A program made the position numbers and the translations under genes. A stretch of 64,000 nucleotides of DNA. It comes from Nostoc sp. (GTDB lineage: Bacteria; Cyanobacteriota; Cyanobacteriia; Cyanobacteriales; Nostocaceae). Positions 1-10,908 of this stretch are shown piece after piece (positions within the stretch are counted from its first letter, which is position 1; each line of letters begins with the position of its first letter). The notes under the pieces were generated by a model. It had not been told where the DNA came from, made no database searches, and was given only the letters and a program-made list of their open reading frames with translations. Location: assembly GCA_036918135.1 (NCBI GenBank), contig JBALDB010000028.1:32001-96000 (forward strand), read 5' to 3'.

Positions 1-957
1 AATAGCTCTGGAGGAGTCAAGGGAGTACCGTTGAGGGTAGGGATAGCTAGCGATGACAACAATCCAGAAATAGCCAAGCAAATCGCTTCCAGCCTAGTCA
101 GCAATTCCGAAGTATTAGGTGTAGTTGGGCCGAATACTAGCGATTCCACCTTAGCCGCAGGTACTATCTATACTTCTGGACAACTTGTAGCTATATCTCC
201 GACTAGTACATCTGTCAAAATTTCTAACTTTAGCCGTTATGTTTTTCGCACGGTTCCCAGTGATTTTATGGCTGCGAGAACTTTAGCTAACTACATGGTG
301 AGAACCTTGCAGAAAAAAAATGCAGTGGTTTTCTTTAATTCTCAGAGTAACTATAGCCAGTCTTTAAAGTCAGAGTTTGTCTCATCCGTTTCCTTAGAGG
401 GTGGACAGGTAGCCAGCGAATTTGACTTATCCAGGGCGGATTTTAGCGCGGCTAAAAGCGTAGAACAAGCAACGAAGCAAGGTGCAGAAGTGTTGATGTT
501 AGCTGCTAATACTGAAACTTTGGATAAAGCGCTGCAAGTAGTTCAAATTAACCAGAAACGGTTAACTCTGCTGGGGGGAGATGATGTTTACACCGCTAAA
601 ACTTTGGAAATTGGCAGAGAACAAGCTGTGGGGATGGTATTAGCAGTTGCCTGGCATATTGATAGCGATCCGAAGTCAGATTTTCCCCAGAAATCGCGGC
701 AGTTATGGGGCGCTGATGTAAGTTGGCGAAGTGCCCTCAGCTATGACGCCACTGTCGCTCTAATTGCAGCATTAGAACGCAATCCCACGCGAGCTGGAGT
801 CCAACAAGCACTCTTGTCATCTGACTTTTCTGCCACTGGCGCTTCTGGTACAATTCGGTTTTTAGCATCAGGCGATCGCAATGCCCCAGTCCAACTTGTA
901 AAAATCATTCCTGGTTCTCGCTCTCGTACTGGGTATGATTTTGAGCCAGTGAGATAA
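1..957 (+). CDS. ABC transporter substrate-binding protein, LivJ/branched-chain amino acid family (5'-truncated by window edge)
   Basis: Frame open from base 1 (NSSGGVKGVPL...). VLGVVGP..S and SYDAT/GASG.I.F motifs of periplasmic binding protein type 1. Confidence 0.8.
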   Translation, partial: NSSGGVKGVPLRVGIASDDNNPEIAKQIASSLVSNSEVLGVVGPNTSDSTLAAGTIYTSGQLVAISPTSTSVKISNFSRYVFRTVPSDFMAARTLANYMVRTLQKKNAVVFFNSQSNYSQSLKSEFVSSVSLEGGQVASEFDLSRADFSAAKSVEQATKQGAEVLMLAANTETLDKALQVVQINQKRLTLLGGDDVYTAKTLEIGREQAVGMVLAVAWHIDSDPKSDFPQKSRQLWGADVSWRSALSYDATVALIAALERNPTRAGVQQALLSSDFSATGASGTIRFLASGDRNAPVQLVKIIPGSRSRTGYDFEPVR

Positions 958-1122
958 TCACAAGCTCGTCATTATATTCGGTATTTTTTCTTTTCAATCT
1001 AAAATCTCAAATCTAAAATTCAGTCAGAATTTGCTAAGAAAATACCCGTCCTCCAAATACAATCTCAAGTAGCAAGCACCTATCAAGCACTGAATATTAA
1101 ATGGACGTGGGGAAAATTTGTT

Positions 1123-2169
1123 ATGTCCCAAAAAAATGAAATACCTATTCTTGTTTTATCTATCTTAATTACAGTTGGATTAATAGCTGGTGGTTTTTGG
1201 TGGTTCACCAGAAAATCTGGTGTTAACCTAAATCAAATTAATTCTCCTAGCACCAACACACCCCAACCCGCAACAGGACAGCCCAGTGCCAACACTTTCG
1301 CCTCAGTCCAAGATGTTCCTACTGGATTATTCAATTACGGAGGCAGTACATCTTGGGCACCAATTCGATTAGTAGTTGACCCAGCAATTCAAGTAGCGCG
1401 ATCGGAATTTAGACTGCGTTATGTAGAACCGAGCAATGCATCTCCTGGTTCTGGTACTGGTATTCAGTCGCTAATAGATGGTCAACTAGCTTTTGCCCAG
1501 TCTTCTCGACCAATTTTAGACCAAGAGTTTAACCGCGCCCAGCAGCGTGGGTTTACTTTAAAACAAATTCCTGTGGCAATTGATGGTTTGGCAGTCGCAG
1601 TGAACCCAAATCTCAACATCCCAGGACTGACAATAGACCAGTTAAAGTCAATTTACACTGGCAAAATCAATAATTGGAGCCAAGTGGGCGGTTCCAATAT
1701 CCCAATCAAGCCTTATTCCCGACGGATTATTGATGGCGGTACGGTAGAACTTTTCGCTCAAGACATCTTGGGTGGTCAAGCTTTCAGCTCCAATGTGGAA
1801 TTTATCTCCACAACCACCCAAGCCTTGCAAAAATTGGCTGGTAGTCCTGGTGGTATTTACTATGCTTCTGCCCCAGAGGTGATTCCTCAATGTTCGATTA
1901 AAGCCTTGCCATTGGGGCGCATACAAGGACAGTATATTGCTCCTTACCAAGAACCATTTGTCCTCCCGTCTGAATGTCCTGGTAAACGGAACAAATTGAA
2001 CACTGAGGCTTTCCAATCAGGAAAATACCCGATTACCCGGAATCTGTTTGTGGTGGTCAAACAGAATGGTCAGACTGAGCAGCAAGCAGGTGTCGCTTAC
2101 GCCAACTTACTGCTGACTGAGCAGGGGCAAGAACTGATTACCCAAGCAGGGTTTGTCAAAATTCGCTGA
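1123..2169 (+). CDS. PstS-family phosphate-binding protein with N-terminal membrane anchor
   Basis: N-terminal hydrophobic helix; YGGSTS, GSGTGI, SSRP, VAIDGLAVAVN and YPITRNL motifs. Confidence 0.85.
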   Translation: MSQKNEIPILVLSILITVGLIAGGFWWFTRKSGVNLNQINSPSTNTPQPATGQPSANTFASVQDVPTGLFNYGGSTSWAPIRLVVDPAIQVARSEFRLRYVEPSNASPGSGTGIQSLIDGQLAFAQSSRPILDQEFNRAQQRGFTLKQIPVAIDGLAVAVNPNLNIPGLTIDQLKSIYTGKINNWSQVGGSNIPIKPYSRRIIDGGTVELFAQDILGGQAFSSNVEFISTTTQALQKLAGSPGGIYYASAPEVIPQCSIKALPLGRIQGQYIAPYQEPFVLPSECPGKRNKLNTEAFQSGKYPITRNLFVVVKQNGQTEQQAGVAYANLLLTEQGQELITQAGFVKIR

Positions 2170-2247
2170 CACTGCGATCGCCTGTGGGCGGAGCGTAGTC
2201 CATCGCACTCAGACAGAGTGGCGGAGATCGCCGCTCTGAACTGTGCT

Positions 2248-2967
2248 TTAGCTGGCTCTATTAATCGACTCTGCTGGTAAGCAAATAAGATTATCGCCTT
2301 GAGTGAGGATTAAACCGCGTTGACGCAGCTTGCCCATTAAGCGGGTGACGGTGACACGAGTCGAACCAATCGCGCTACCAATTTGGGCATGAGTAAGGGG
2401 AAAAGGCAGACAATAACCGCGAATTACATCAGGATCGGTGTCGCTCATTGCCGGCTCACCATATTCCTCAATCAACAATGTGAGAAATCCTAAGAGTCGG
2501 TCAATTGTACGGCGTTGTCCCAAAGCACTCAGCCACAGCAGCTTGCGCTGGTGCTGATATCTAAAGGCATCCATAACTTCGCGGCGGAAGTGAGGCCAGT
2601 TGTCTAGGTCGTGCCAGTACATCCACAGCACCGCAGTTTGATCGACATGGGCGTAAGCCTGGAGTGTGAATGGTGACTGAGCAACAATTTCAAATGGCTG
2701 TCCCGCTCCAACAAAACCCAAAAACGCTTCTTCTGGAGTTCTATTGATTCGTCGAGACGTTAGCTGGCTGGCAGTCGCACTAACCTGAGCGGTTCCTACC
2801 ATACGGATCGCACCCCTTTGCACCAAATATAGCAATCCAGGTCGGGCTGGAATGCGCTCATCTTTGCTGAAGGTGCGGCAGCGGTAGTGTTCCTGAGCCC
2901 AGTCAAGAATCCGTTGCCAAGTTAAAAAAGGCCGTGATGCCTCAGAAAAAGAGGATGGAGATTGCAT
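2248..2967 (-). CDS. devH: Crp/Fnr-family transcription factor DevH (heterocyst maturation)
   Basis: MQSPSSFSEASRPFLTWQRILDWAQEHYR start (ATG at 2967, 239 aa) and C-terminal HTH LTHAQIGSAIGSTRVTVTRLMGKL, recognised as DevH. Confidence 0.85.
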   Translation of the reverse strand: MQSPSSFSEASRPFLTWQRILDWAQEHYRCRTFSKDERIPARPGLLYLVQRGAIRMVGTAQVSATASQLTSRRINRTPEEAFLGFVGAGQPFEIVAQSPFTLQAYAHVDQTAVLWMYWHDLDNWPHFRREVMDAFRYQHQRKLLWLSALGQRRTIDRLLGFLTLLIEEYGEPAMSDTDPDVIRGYCLPFPLTHAQIGSAIGSTRVTVTRLMGKLRQRGLILTQGDNLICLPAESINRAS

Positions 2968-3134
2968 AGGTAACAAAGAGCGTTCGGCTGAAGACAAAGA
3001 CGTGATCGAAAGGTGCAAGGAGTGTCTTTGTGTTGGCGATGCAGGCTTAACGCCTAACAGCGCCAGCCATCAAAGAATAGAAAGCAAAAAATTACTCTCT
3101 ACTCTTTTGTTATACTTCCTACTGTACAATGATG

Positions 3135-3148
3135 GTAGTAAAGTTTAC
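3135..3148. promoter_or_regulatory. Putative NtcA/DevH-type binding site GTA-N8-TAC upstream of devH
   Basis: GTAgtaaagttTAC lies about 170 bp upstream of the devH ATG. Confidence 0.5.
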
Positions 3149-3279
3149 TCACTGTTCATCGATTATTCATCAAATTTTATCCTACTCTCATTTTTCTTCA
3201 TCTAGATTAAACCTATATCCGGAGATAGGTGACAGCAAATTAACAAATATAGTTTACAAAACTATCTACGTAAATTTCT

Positions 3280-4158
3280 GTGCATAATAATATACAATCA
3301 TTTAAATACGCATCATTAAAACAGCTATTATATGAGTGTATAAGCGAATTTTTAAGTATTAATACTGAAGATATTAAAAATAGATACATAGAAGTAAAAA
3401 GAATTCCTCTATACAAAGATAGAAATAATAACAAAATTTTGTATACCTCAAGTGTGGCCTTGCAAGTGTCAGACTCTCAGAATCAAAAAGCGATGGAGCT
3501 TGCCAGGGCGATCGCCTTTCATCTATCGGCAACCTGTGGCGACGTTTTTAAGGTGCAGATAGTTCCTCCTGGTTGGATACATTTTGAATTGACTGACTTA
3601 GCCTTAGGGACTTGGTTACAAAGTCTGGCAGTTGGAAAGGAGGAGGTAGGGAGTGGGGAGATGGGGAGAGAATTTCACCCCACCCCTGCCACACTCCCAA
3701 TGCCTAATTCATTATTTCCTGTTCAATATGCTCATGCACGTTGCTGTTCGCTAGTGTTGCTGGCTCACCGAGAAGGATTGATTCAACTTAGAGAACCACT
3801 TGCAAATAGCAGTCCAATTTGGAGTGTAATCTCTCCCAAGCCCATACCTTGGCTCAATTGCAATCGAAGATTGCGGCTAAATCACCCAGATGAGCTTCGT
3901 CTAATTAGCGAGTTAGTGGGGATGGTGGACAACATAGAGTGTCCTGATGTTGGGTTTTCTGTGAAATGGGAAAAGGCAGCATTAAATTTGAGCCAAGCTT
4001 TTGAAAACTTTTGGTGTAATTGCCGCATTTGGGGTGAAGTGAAAATCGTCTCGCCAGAGGTAGCCCAAGCTAGGCTGGGATTGCTTATGGCTACTCAGTC
4101 AGTACTAAAATTTGTGCTAGAGGAAAACCTGGGAATTTTTGCGCCATTGGAGTTATAA
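3280..4158 (+). CDS. DALR anticodon-binding domain protein (ArgRS C-terminal-like)
   Basis: VQYAHARCCSL motif and ARLGLL..TQ.VL..LGIFAPLEL C-terminus. Confidence 0.8.
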   Translation: MHNNIQSFKYASLKQLLYECISEFLSINTEDIKNRYIEVKRIPLYKDRNNNKILYTSSVALQVSDSQNQKAMELARAIAFHLSATCGDVFKVQIVPPGWIHFELTDLALGTWLQSLAVGKEEVGSGEMGREFHPTPATLPMPNSLFPVQYAHARCCSLVLLAHREGLIQLREPLANSSPIWSVISPKPIPWLNCNRRLRLNHPDELRLISELVGMVDNIECPDVGFSVKWEKAALNLSQAFENFWCNCRIWGEVKIVSPEVAQARLGLLMATQSVLKFVLEENLGIFAPLEL

Positions 4159-4176
4159 AAACTTTCATCACAGCTA

Positions 4177-4205
4177 TTGACTCAATGCATCACCTCGGCT
4201 ACATT
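4177..4205 (+). promoter_or_regulatory. Sigma70-type promoter of the Yfr2-like RNA
   Basis: TTGACT (4177-4182), 17-bp spacer, TACATT (4200-4205). Confidence 0.6.
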
Positions 4206-4211
4206 AGCTCT

Positions 4212-4275
4212 TGTGTGAGGAGCGAACCAGCAGGGGCACCGAGACGAAACACGGCCAGTCGTCGGTGTCCTTTCT
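4212..4275 (+). ncRNA. Yfr2-family cyanobacterial small RNA
   Basis: 5' GTGTGAGGAG motif, GAAACAC loop, GGGCACCGA/TCGGTGTCC stem followed by a T-run, and a promoter immediately upstream. Confidence 0.65.
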
Positions 4276-4636
4276 GATTGATATGGATTAGGTTTGAAAA
4301 AGTGCCGTCAAGATAATTCGTAATTTATAATCACGCTCTTACGTCGCTAACGCTACGCTAACGTAATTCGTAGTTAAGTAGAAGGACTAAATTAAACCTA
4401 ACTTGAGATTATCGGGTTTTGACTGCGCTCAACCCCCTTCTAGTCAGCCTGCCGAGCATTGAGCGAAATCGAAATGCGTCTTCTAAATAATTATGTCCAC
4501 CTACTTAGTGTCCACCTACTTAGTTAGCCCACAACTGAAGTAGGAGCTTGAAAAAAGGAATTATATTTTTTAATTTCCATTAACGAATTAAGGGGCTATA
4601 ACTTTCGTTACGAATTACAAATTAGTAATTATTTGG

Positions 4637-5509
4637 TCACTTAAGCAAAAACTTTTCGATTGCTACTGCTACTCCGTCTTCCTCTACACTAGGAGCTACC
4701 CACTGAGCGATCGCTTGTACTGCGACTGGTGCGTTTCCCATAGCTATACCAAAACCAACATACTCTAGCATTTCTAAATCGTTGAAGTTATCGCCAATAG
4801 CCATGACGTTGGCTATTTGTAATCCCAGCAATTCTTCGGCTAGGTAGCGTACAGCAGCTCCTTTATTCACAGAAGCATTAGTTGCTTCTAGGAAAGTGGC
4901 AACAGATGTTGTCAGGTAAAGTTCACCAGGTGTGTATTGGCGGCGCAAATTCCCCAATACCTCGCTGATGAAATTTGTGTCATCACACAAAGCGAGAATT
5001 TTTGTCGGTTCATTCGTTAAGACTTGACGCAAATCACCTACAGGAATTGGGGTAATACCAGAACGTTGTGCATAAATTTCGGTTTCTTTGGTTAATTCCC
5101 GGACGTAGAGTTGGTCATTGACGTAGAAGTGGACAGATAAAAGCCGTCGCAATTCGGGTTGTTCAAAATAGTCGAGTAGTTGGTGAGAAAGTTCTCTAGA
5201 AACCACTAAATGACGATGAATTTTTTGGGTTGTGGGGTCTTGAATCCAGGCTCCTTGATAGACCATTAATGGCAAGGTAGAGCCAATTTCTTGGTGAAAG
5301 CGTAAGGCTGAACGATACATGCGACCTGTAGCGATCGCCACTGGAATTCCTTGTGCTTGCACTGCAATCAGCGCTTGCTTAACAGGTTGGCTGATGGTGT
5401 TAGAGCGTCCGGCGATCGTGCCATCTATATCTACAACCAGTAGTTTAATATCTTTAGCAGCAGCCTGATTATCAATTGATTCCAGATGGCTGGTAGATGC
5501 TTTATACAT
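4637..5509 (-). CDS. Cof-type HAD-IIB hydrolase
   Basis: DIDGT, ATGR, NKG and GDNFNDLEM motifs. Confidence 0.9.
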   Translation of the reverse strand: MYKASTSHLESIDNQAAAKDIKLLVVDIDGTIAGRSNTISQPVKQALIAVQAQGIPVAIATGRMYRSALRFHQEIGSTLPLMVYQGAWIQDPTTQKIHRHLVVSRELSHQLLDYFEQPELRRLLSVHFYVNDQLYVRELTKETEIYAQRSGITPIPVGDLRQVLTNEPTKILALCDDTNFISEVLGNLRRQYTPGELYLTTSVATFLEATNASVNKGAAVRYLAEELLGLQIANVMAIGDNFNDLEMLEYVGFGIAMGNAPVAVQAIAQWVAPSVEEDGVAVAIEKFLLK

Positions 5510-5802
5510 AAATTCCTTAGATTTAAAGTTCCAGTAAGAGGTTATACCATTTTGGATTTGAGATTTTGCGAAAAGTCACGACTCGCTGGCTTTTGCCAAT
5601 CTGTTAGCGCAGCTCTCTTCGACGCAGCGAAAAGTCACGGTTCGCCGACTTAGACCGTAGGCCTATCGACTACTTTCACAACTCAAATAGGATTACTATA
5701 GTCGCAATAAAAAAACCCGATTCTCGAAAAAATCGGGGATTTACATTTAAGTTAGATAACTTGATTGATAGATTGAATGGAAACTACCTATTCAACTAAA
5801 GT

Positions 5803-6510
5803 CTATGAATTTAACACCTTGATTGAGCTTTTTTTACGTTGTGACAACAGACAAAGCCCAGCAACTAAACCAATTCCAAGGGTAGTTGACGCTTCAGGTA
5901 CAGACTTCAACTCTTCGTAGTTATAAGTTACTTTAATACTTGCTTTTGCGTATGTATCAATATAGGATCTCATATTACCCGATCCTGTAACTAGGGAGTC
6001 GGCTATAGCTGAGAACAAAAAGTTTACGTTGCCATTACCAATGAAAGACTGCAAGAATTGCGTATCAGTGAAAGACTGGATACCAGACTGTGTAGCAGTT
6101 AAGTCTGATACAGTCTTTCCAGATTTGCCACTATAATCAGTGACACCATCATATTTAGCAACTTGGTAACTGGAAGTATATTGTGGATTCAGTGCCAACA
6201 AAGATTGATTATTTAATTGTAAGCTCAATTGACTGCCAAGATTTACCGTGGCTTGACTTGGGGTTGGACTTCTATTTTCAAAACCTGCATTGCCAAGGAT
6301 GTCACCAGTAAATTCTATGGTTACACCTTGGAGTGTGCCCAGAGATGAGTTAAATTTTTGGACACTCAATGGTGCATCAATGATATCTGTAAACTGGTAA
6401 TTACTAGAATTAGTGTACGAGAGAGAAGCTGCATTAGCTATTCCAGAAGTTGCAACAATTCCTGCCACAGTTGTAACAGCACCTAGAATGTTCAAGAGTT
6501 TTGTTGTCAT
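5803..6510 (-). CDS. PEP-CTERM-type sorted surface protein (choice-of-anchor-like)
   Basis: Signal peptide ending ANA. C-terminal VPEAS followed by a hydrophobic helix and basic RKK tail. Start taken at MTTKLL. Confidence 0.75.
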   Translation of the reverse strand: MTTKLLNILGAVTTVAGIVATSGIANAASLSYTNSSNYQFTDIIDAPLSVQKFNSSLGTLQGVTIEFTGDILGNAGFENRSPTPSQATVNLGSQLSLQLNNQSLLALNPQYTSSYQVAKYDGVTDYSGKSGKTVSDLTATQSGIQSFTDTQFLQSFIGNGNVNFLFSAIADSLVTGSGNMRSYIDTYAKASIKVTYNYEELKSVPEASTTLGIGLVAGLCLLSQRKKSSIKVLNS

Positions 6511-6761
6511 GATGGAAGATGCTTTTATAAGCCGAATTAGCACGGGATTACTAAATTATTTTTAACTCGGAAATTTTGCTTATAGGCTTGATAAATACAC
6601 CGAACTTTATATAAAGTTTTTATGTTTAATTTGCTTTAGCAAACAAACATTTTTAGCAGTTATATGAAGTTTTGTTAAGAAAGCCATCTCAGCAGACAGG
6701 AATTTCCAGAAACCAACTGATGCAAGATGTAAATAACGAAGCTTCTGGCTAAAATAAGGCT

Positions 6762-9686
6762 ATGTCTCAAACTTCTGTTACTGTAACCCCGACACGTCCG
6801 ACGTTCATCCTCGTAGATGGACACTCCCTGGCTTATCGTTCATACTTTGCCTTTGCTAAAGGGCGAGATGGAGGACTACGTACAACAACGGGGATTCCTA
6901 CGAGTGTATGTTTTGGTTTTATTAAGTGCTTGCTGGAGGTAATGGGAACACAACAGCCCCAGGCAATGGCTGTAGCCTTTGATTTAGGTCTGCCAACCTT
7001 CCGACATGAAACTGATGATACATATAAAGCCGATCGCAAAGAAACACCAGAAGACTTTATTCCCGACTTAGAAAATCTACACGAGTTGCTCAATGGCTTG
7101 AATTTACCAATTTACACTGCTCCTGGTTATGAGGCAGATGATGTTTTAGGAACTTTATCACAACGAGTAACTGCTGCTGGGTATAGGGTAAAGATTCTTA
7201 CTGGCGATCGCGATTTATTTCAACTGATAGATGCTGAAAAAGAAATCACTGTTTTAAATTTTAGTCCAGATGCTTTAAAGCGCTCTACAAATAGTATTAC
7301 GGAATTTGAAGCAGCACAAGTTAAAGAAAAATTAGGAATTTTACCTTCACAAATTATTGATTTTAAAGCCCTTTGTGGTGATAAATCAGATAATATTCCA
7401 GGAGTTAAGGGAATTGGAGAAAAGACAGCTGTACAGTTGTTGAATACATATGGTTCGCTTGATAATGTTTATGCTGCCCTAGATGAAATTCCAGGTGCAA
7501 CTCAGAAAAAATTGGCAGCGGGTAAAGAAGATGCCCATAAATCTCGTTATTTGGCAACTATTATTTTGGATGTTCCTCTAGAAATTGATTTAGAAGATTC
7601 CAAATTAAAAGGATTTGATACAAGTGTCCTTTCACCAATTTTAGAAAAGTTAGAGTTTAAGTCTTTCTTAGGTAAAATAAACGACCTCCAGCAACGTTTT
7701 GGTGGTACAGTTGCAGAAGCGCTAAAAGCAGAAACAGCTGATGTAGAACCTGAATTTGAAGACGTGGATCTTTCATTTTTTAGTTTTGCTGAAACACAAG
7801 CTGCACAAGAAAAACCTGCTTCTTCATCAATCGAACCGCACATCATTAACACTGAAGCAAAATTGACTAAATTAGTCAAAGTTTTGCAAAAGTTCACCAA
7901 TCCAGAAACACCCGTTGCTTGGGATACTGAAACCACCGATTTAGAACCAAGAGATGCTGAATTAGTAGGAATTGGTTGCTGCTGGGGAACGAAACCAGAT
8001 GAAGTAGCATACATTCCTCTTGGTCACAAAACCGGAGAAAATTTGAATCAGAATATAGTGCTAGAAGCACTACGTCCAATTCTTGAAAGTGCTAATTATC
8101 CCAAAACTTTACAGAATGCGAAATTTGACCGTTTAGTTTTCAAGTGTCAAGGAATTAACTTGGATGGAGTGGTATTCGATCCAATGCTGGCAAGTTATCT
8201 GCTAAATCCAGATTCTAGCCATAATTTGATGGATTTAGCACAGCGATATTTGGGAATAACAGCAAAAAGTTATTTAGATTTAGTTCCCAAAGGCAAAACC
8301 ATAGCTGATATAGATATTCCCACAGTAGCTGATTACTGTGGTATGGATGTTTATTCTACCTTTGGTTTAGTGCCGAAATTGCGTGCAGAAATGGAGAAAA
8401 CTCCAGCTTTATCTAAGCTACTAGTAGAAGTAGAACAGCCGCTAGAAGCAGTTTTAGCGCAAATGGAATACACAGGCGTCCGCATTAATTCAGCTTATTT
8501 ACAAGAACTTTCGCAGCATTTAGAAATAGAGTTAGTCAGATTAAAACAGAAAGCTACTGAAATAGCTGGGGAAAACTTTAACTTGGGTTCTCCTAAACAA
8601 TTGAGCCAAATATTGTTTGAAAAATTGGGATTAAGCACCAAATATTCTCGAAAAATTCAAACCGGCTATTCTACAGATGCAGCAACGTTAGAAAAACTTC
8701 AAGAAATCGACCAAACTGGATTTGTTGAGACCATCACTGAGTACCGCACTTTATCTAAATTAAAGTCTACTTATGTAGATGCATTGCCAGCGTTAGTGCG
8801 TCCAGATACTCATCGGGTGCATACTGATTTTAATCAAGCAGCAACATCAACTGGTAGATTATCTTCTTCTAATCCGAATTTGCAAAATATTCCCATCCGC
8901 ACAGCTTTTAGTCGTCAAATTCGGAAGGCGTTTTTGCCAGAACCAGGTTGGTTAATGATGGCTGCTGATTATTCACAAATAGAATTGCGAATTTTGGCTC
9001 ATTTGAGTCAAGAGCCGATATTAGTGCAAGCATATCAGCAAAATGAAGATGTTCATACTGTGACGGCGCGATTAGTATTTGAAAAAGAAAATATTACCTC
9101 ACAAGAACGAGGAGTAGCAAAAACGATTAATTTTGGCGTAATTTATGGAATGGGTTCTCTAAGATTTTCCCGTTCAACTGGGATAGATAAGGATATTGCC
9201 AACGAGTTCATTAAGCGGTTTAATCAACGATATCCTCAAGTTTTTGCATATTTGGAGCGAATGAAAAAAGAAGCGATCGCTCAAGGTTATGTAGAAACTA
9301 TTCTCGGTCGTCGTCGTTATTTTGAATTTACTAACAACAGTTTACGCAAATTAAAAGGCAGTAACCCGGAAGATATTGATTTGAGTAAATTGAAGAATTT
9401 GGGTGCTTATGATGCGGGTTTACTACGCTCCGCTGCTAATGCACCAATTCAAGGTTCCAATGCTGATATTATCAAAATTGCAATGGTGCAACTGCATGAG
9501 GTGTTGCAGAAATATCAAGCGCGTTTATTATTACAAGTTCACGATGAATTAGTATTTGAAATTCCTCCTGGTGAGTTGGAAGAATTACAACCACAAATTA
9601 AATCGGTGATGGAAAACGCAGTACAATTGAGTGTACCGTTAATAGTGGATGCGCGTGTTGGTGAAAATTGGATGGAAACGAAGTAA
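6762..9686 (+). CDS. polA: DNA polymerase I
   Basis: 5'-3' exonuclease (LVDGHSLAYR), 3'-5' exonuclease (WDTETT), and polymerase motifs DYSQIELR and LQVHDEL. Confidence 0.98.
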   Translation: MSQTSVTVTPTRPTFILVDGHSLAYRSYFAFAKGRDGGLRTTTGIPTSVCFGFIKCLLEVMGTQQPQAMAVAFDLGLPTFRHETDDTYKADRKETPEDFIPDLENLHELLNGLNLPIYTAPGYEADDVLGTLSQRVTAAGYRVKILTGDRDLFQLIDAEKEITVLNFSPDALKRSTNSITEFEAAQVKEKLGILPSQIIDFKALCGDKSDNIPGVKGIGEKTAVQLLNTYGSLDNVYAALDEIPGATQKKLAAGKEDAHKSRYLATIILDVPLEIDLEDSKLKGFDTSVLSPILEKLEFKSFLGKINDLQQRFGGTVAEALKAETADVEPEFEDVDLSFFSFAETQAAQEKPASSSIEPHIINTEAKLTKLVKVLQKFTNPETPVAWDTETTDLEPRDAELVGIGCCWGTKPDEVAYIPLGHKTGENLNQNIVLEALRPILESANYPKTLQNAKFDRLVFKCQGINLDGVVFDPMLASYLLNPDSSHNLMDLAQRYLGITAKSYLDLVPKGKTIADIDIPTVADYCGMDVYSTFGLVPKLRAEMEKTPALSKLLVEVEQPLEAVLAQMEYTGVRINSAYLQELSQHLEIELVRLKQKATEIAGENFNLGSPKQLSQILFEKLGLSTKYSRKIQTGYSTDAATLEKLQEIDQTGFVETITEYRTLSKLKSTYVDALPALVRPDTHRVHTDFNQAATSTGRLSSSNPNLQNIPIRTAFSRQIRKAFLPEPGWLMMAADYSQIELRILAHLSQEPILVQAYQQNEDVHTVTARLVFEKENITSQERGVAKTINFGVIYGMGSLRFSRSTGIDKDIANEFIKRFNQRYPQVFAYLERMKKEAIAQGYVETILGRRRYFEFTNNSLRKLKGSNPEDIDLSKLKNLGAYDAGLLRSAANAPIQGSNADIIKIAMVQLHEVLQKYQARLLLQVHDELVFEIPPGELEELQPQIKSVMENAVQLSVPLIVDARVGENWMETK

Positions 9687-9972
9687 ATTAAATAGTAAAT
9701 TGTTCACTTAAGTAAAGCTAGCGATCGCGTTTTCTTGAATTAAGGTTTGCACCCTTGGTTATAATCGGCGTTGCAGTTAATTACCATTAGATATCATTAA
9801 ATTTTTCAGAAAATCTTAAACTTAATTATTAGCAGCAACTTTTGCTTAAGTAAGCGACATTCCATATATATTTTAAAAATTAAATCTGAATTCTATATAA
9901 GTTATATTTGCTATTTTTAAATATGATGCTGAGTTTGTTTTTTAGGCCATTCTTCTCAAAAGGAATTTTAAT

Positions 9973-10908
9973 ATGTATCGTCGTTGGCTTTTACCTGCCT
10001 TAGCAATTTTTTTAAGTATTGTTTTAATTGCTTGCACAACTGCAACTACTCAGCATCTACAACCAAAAATAGCAAATACTACTGAAACTACTAATATAAA
10101 TTCTCAGCAATTACCAAAACAATCAGCCAAAAGAGTTGTTGCTCTTTCTTCTCTTTCTGCTGATATTATCGCTCGACTCGACCAAACAAAAATAGTTGGA
10201 ATTACTGGTAGTAAATTATTTAATAATGACCCTCGTTTTAAAAATATTCCTCGTGTTAGTGAAGGTCAAAATTCTCCTAATTTAGAAAAAATTATAGCAC
10301 TCAAACCTGATTTAGTTATTGGTGCAGAAGGTTTTTCTACTATTCCAATTCAAAAAATTAAGCAATTAGGAATTCCAACTTTGCTTACTCAGGTTAATAA
10401 CTGGGAATCTCTAGAAGAGTTGACTAAAACACTGGCTAAGTTAATTAATACCAATCCTCAGCCTTTATTAAATCGATACAAAACTTTCTTGGTAGAACAG
10501 CCTAATCAGAATTTTACAGGTTTGGTACTAGTTAGTCGTCAACCAATTTTAGCCCCCAATAAAAATAGTTGGGCGGGAGATATACTAACGAAATTTAAGG
10601 TAAAAAATCTGGCAGCAGAATTACAAGGAAAAAGTCCAGTCGGTGGCTATGTGACGCTTTCGGCTGAGAAAGTTTTAGAAGCAAATCCAGAGGTGATAAT
10701 TTTGGTTAATTCTCCACAAGGTAATTCGGAAGCAGGGCTTTTAGATTATTTAAAAAAGGAGGCTTTTTGGAAGCAATTACAAGCGACTCAAAACAACCGA
10801 ATTTATATGTTTGATTATTATGGTCTGGTGAATCCAGGTAGTATAGATGCAATAGAAAAGGCTTGTACACAGTTGAAGCAAGATTTGTTCGCATCAAAGC
10901 GTACTTAG
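9973..10908 (+). CDS. Iron-siderophore/cobalamin-type ABC substrate-binding lipoprotein
   Basis: Lipobox LIAC; RVVALS, PNLEKIIALKPDLV and E.VLEANPEVII motifs. Confidence 0.85.
   Translation: MYRRWLLPALAIFLSIVLIACTTATTQHLQPKIANTTETTNINSQQLPKQSAKRVVALSSLSADIIARLDQTKIVGITGSKLFNNDPRFKNIPRVSEGQNSPNLEKIIALKPDLVIGAEGFSTIPIQKIKQLGIPTLLTQVNNWESLEELTKTLAKLINTNPQPLLNRYKTFLVEQPNQNFTGLVLVSRQPILAPNKNSWAGDILTKFKVKNLAAELQGKSPVGGYVTLSAEKVLEANPEVIILVNSPQGNSEAGLLDYLKKEAFWKQLQATQNNRIYMFDYYGLVNPGSIDAIEKACTQLKQDLFASKRT

Noticed and set aside
2968..3018. N-terminal extensions given by the ORF track for devH, crhR, lexA and argF
   Set aside because: Downstream ATGs match the recognised N-termini. The lexA extension would overlap its LexA box and the crhR extension runs into STRR repeats.
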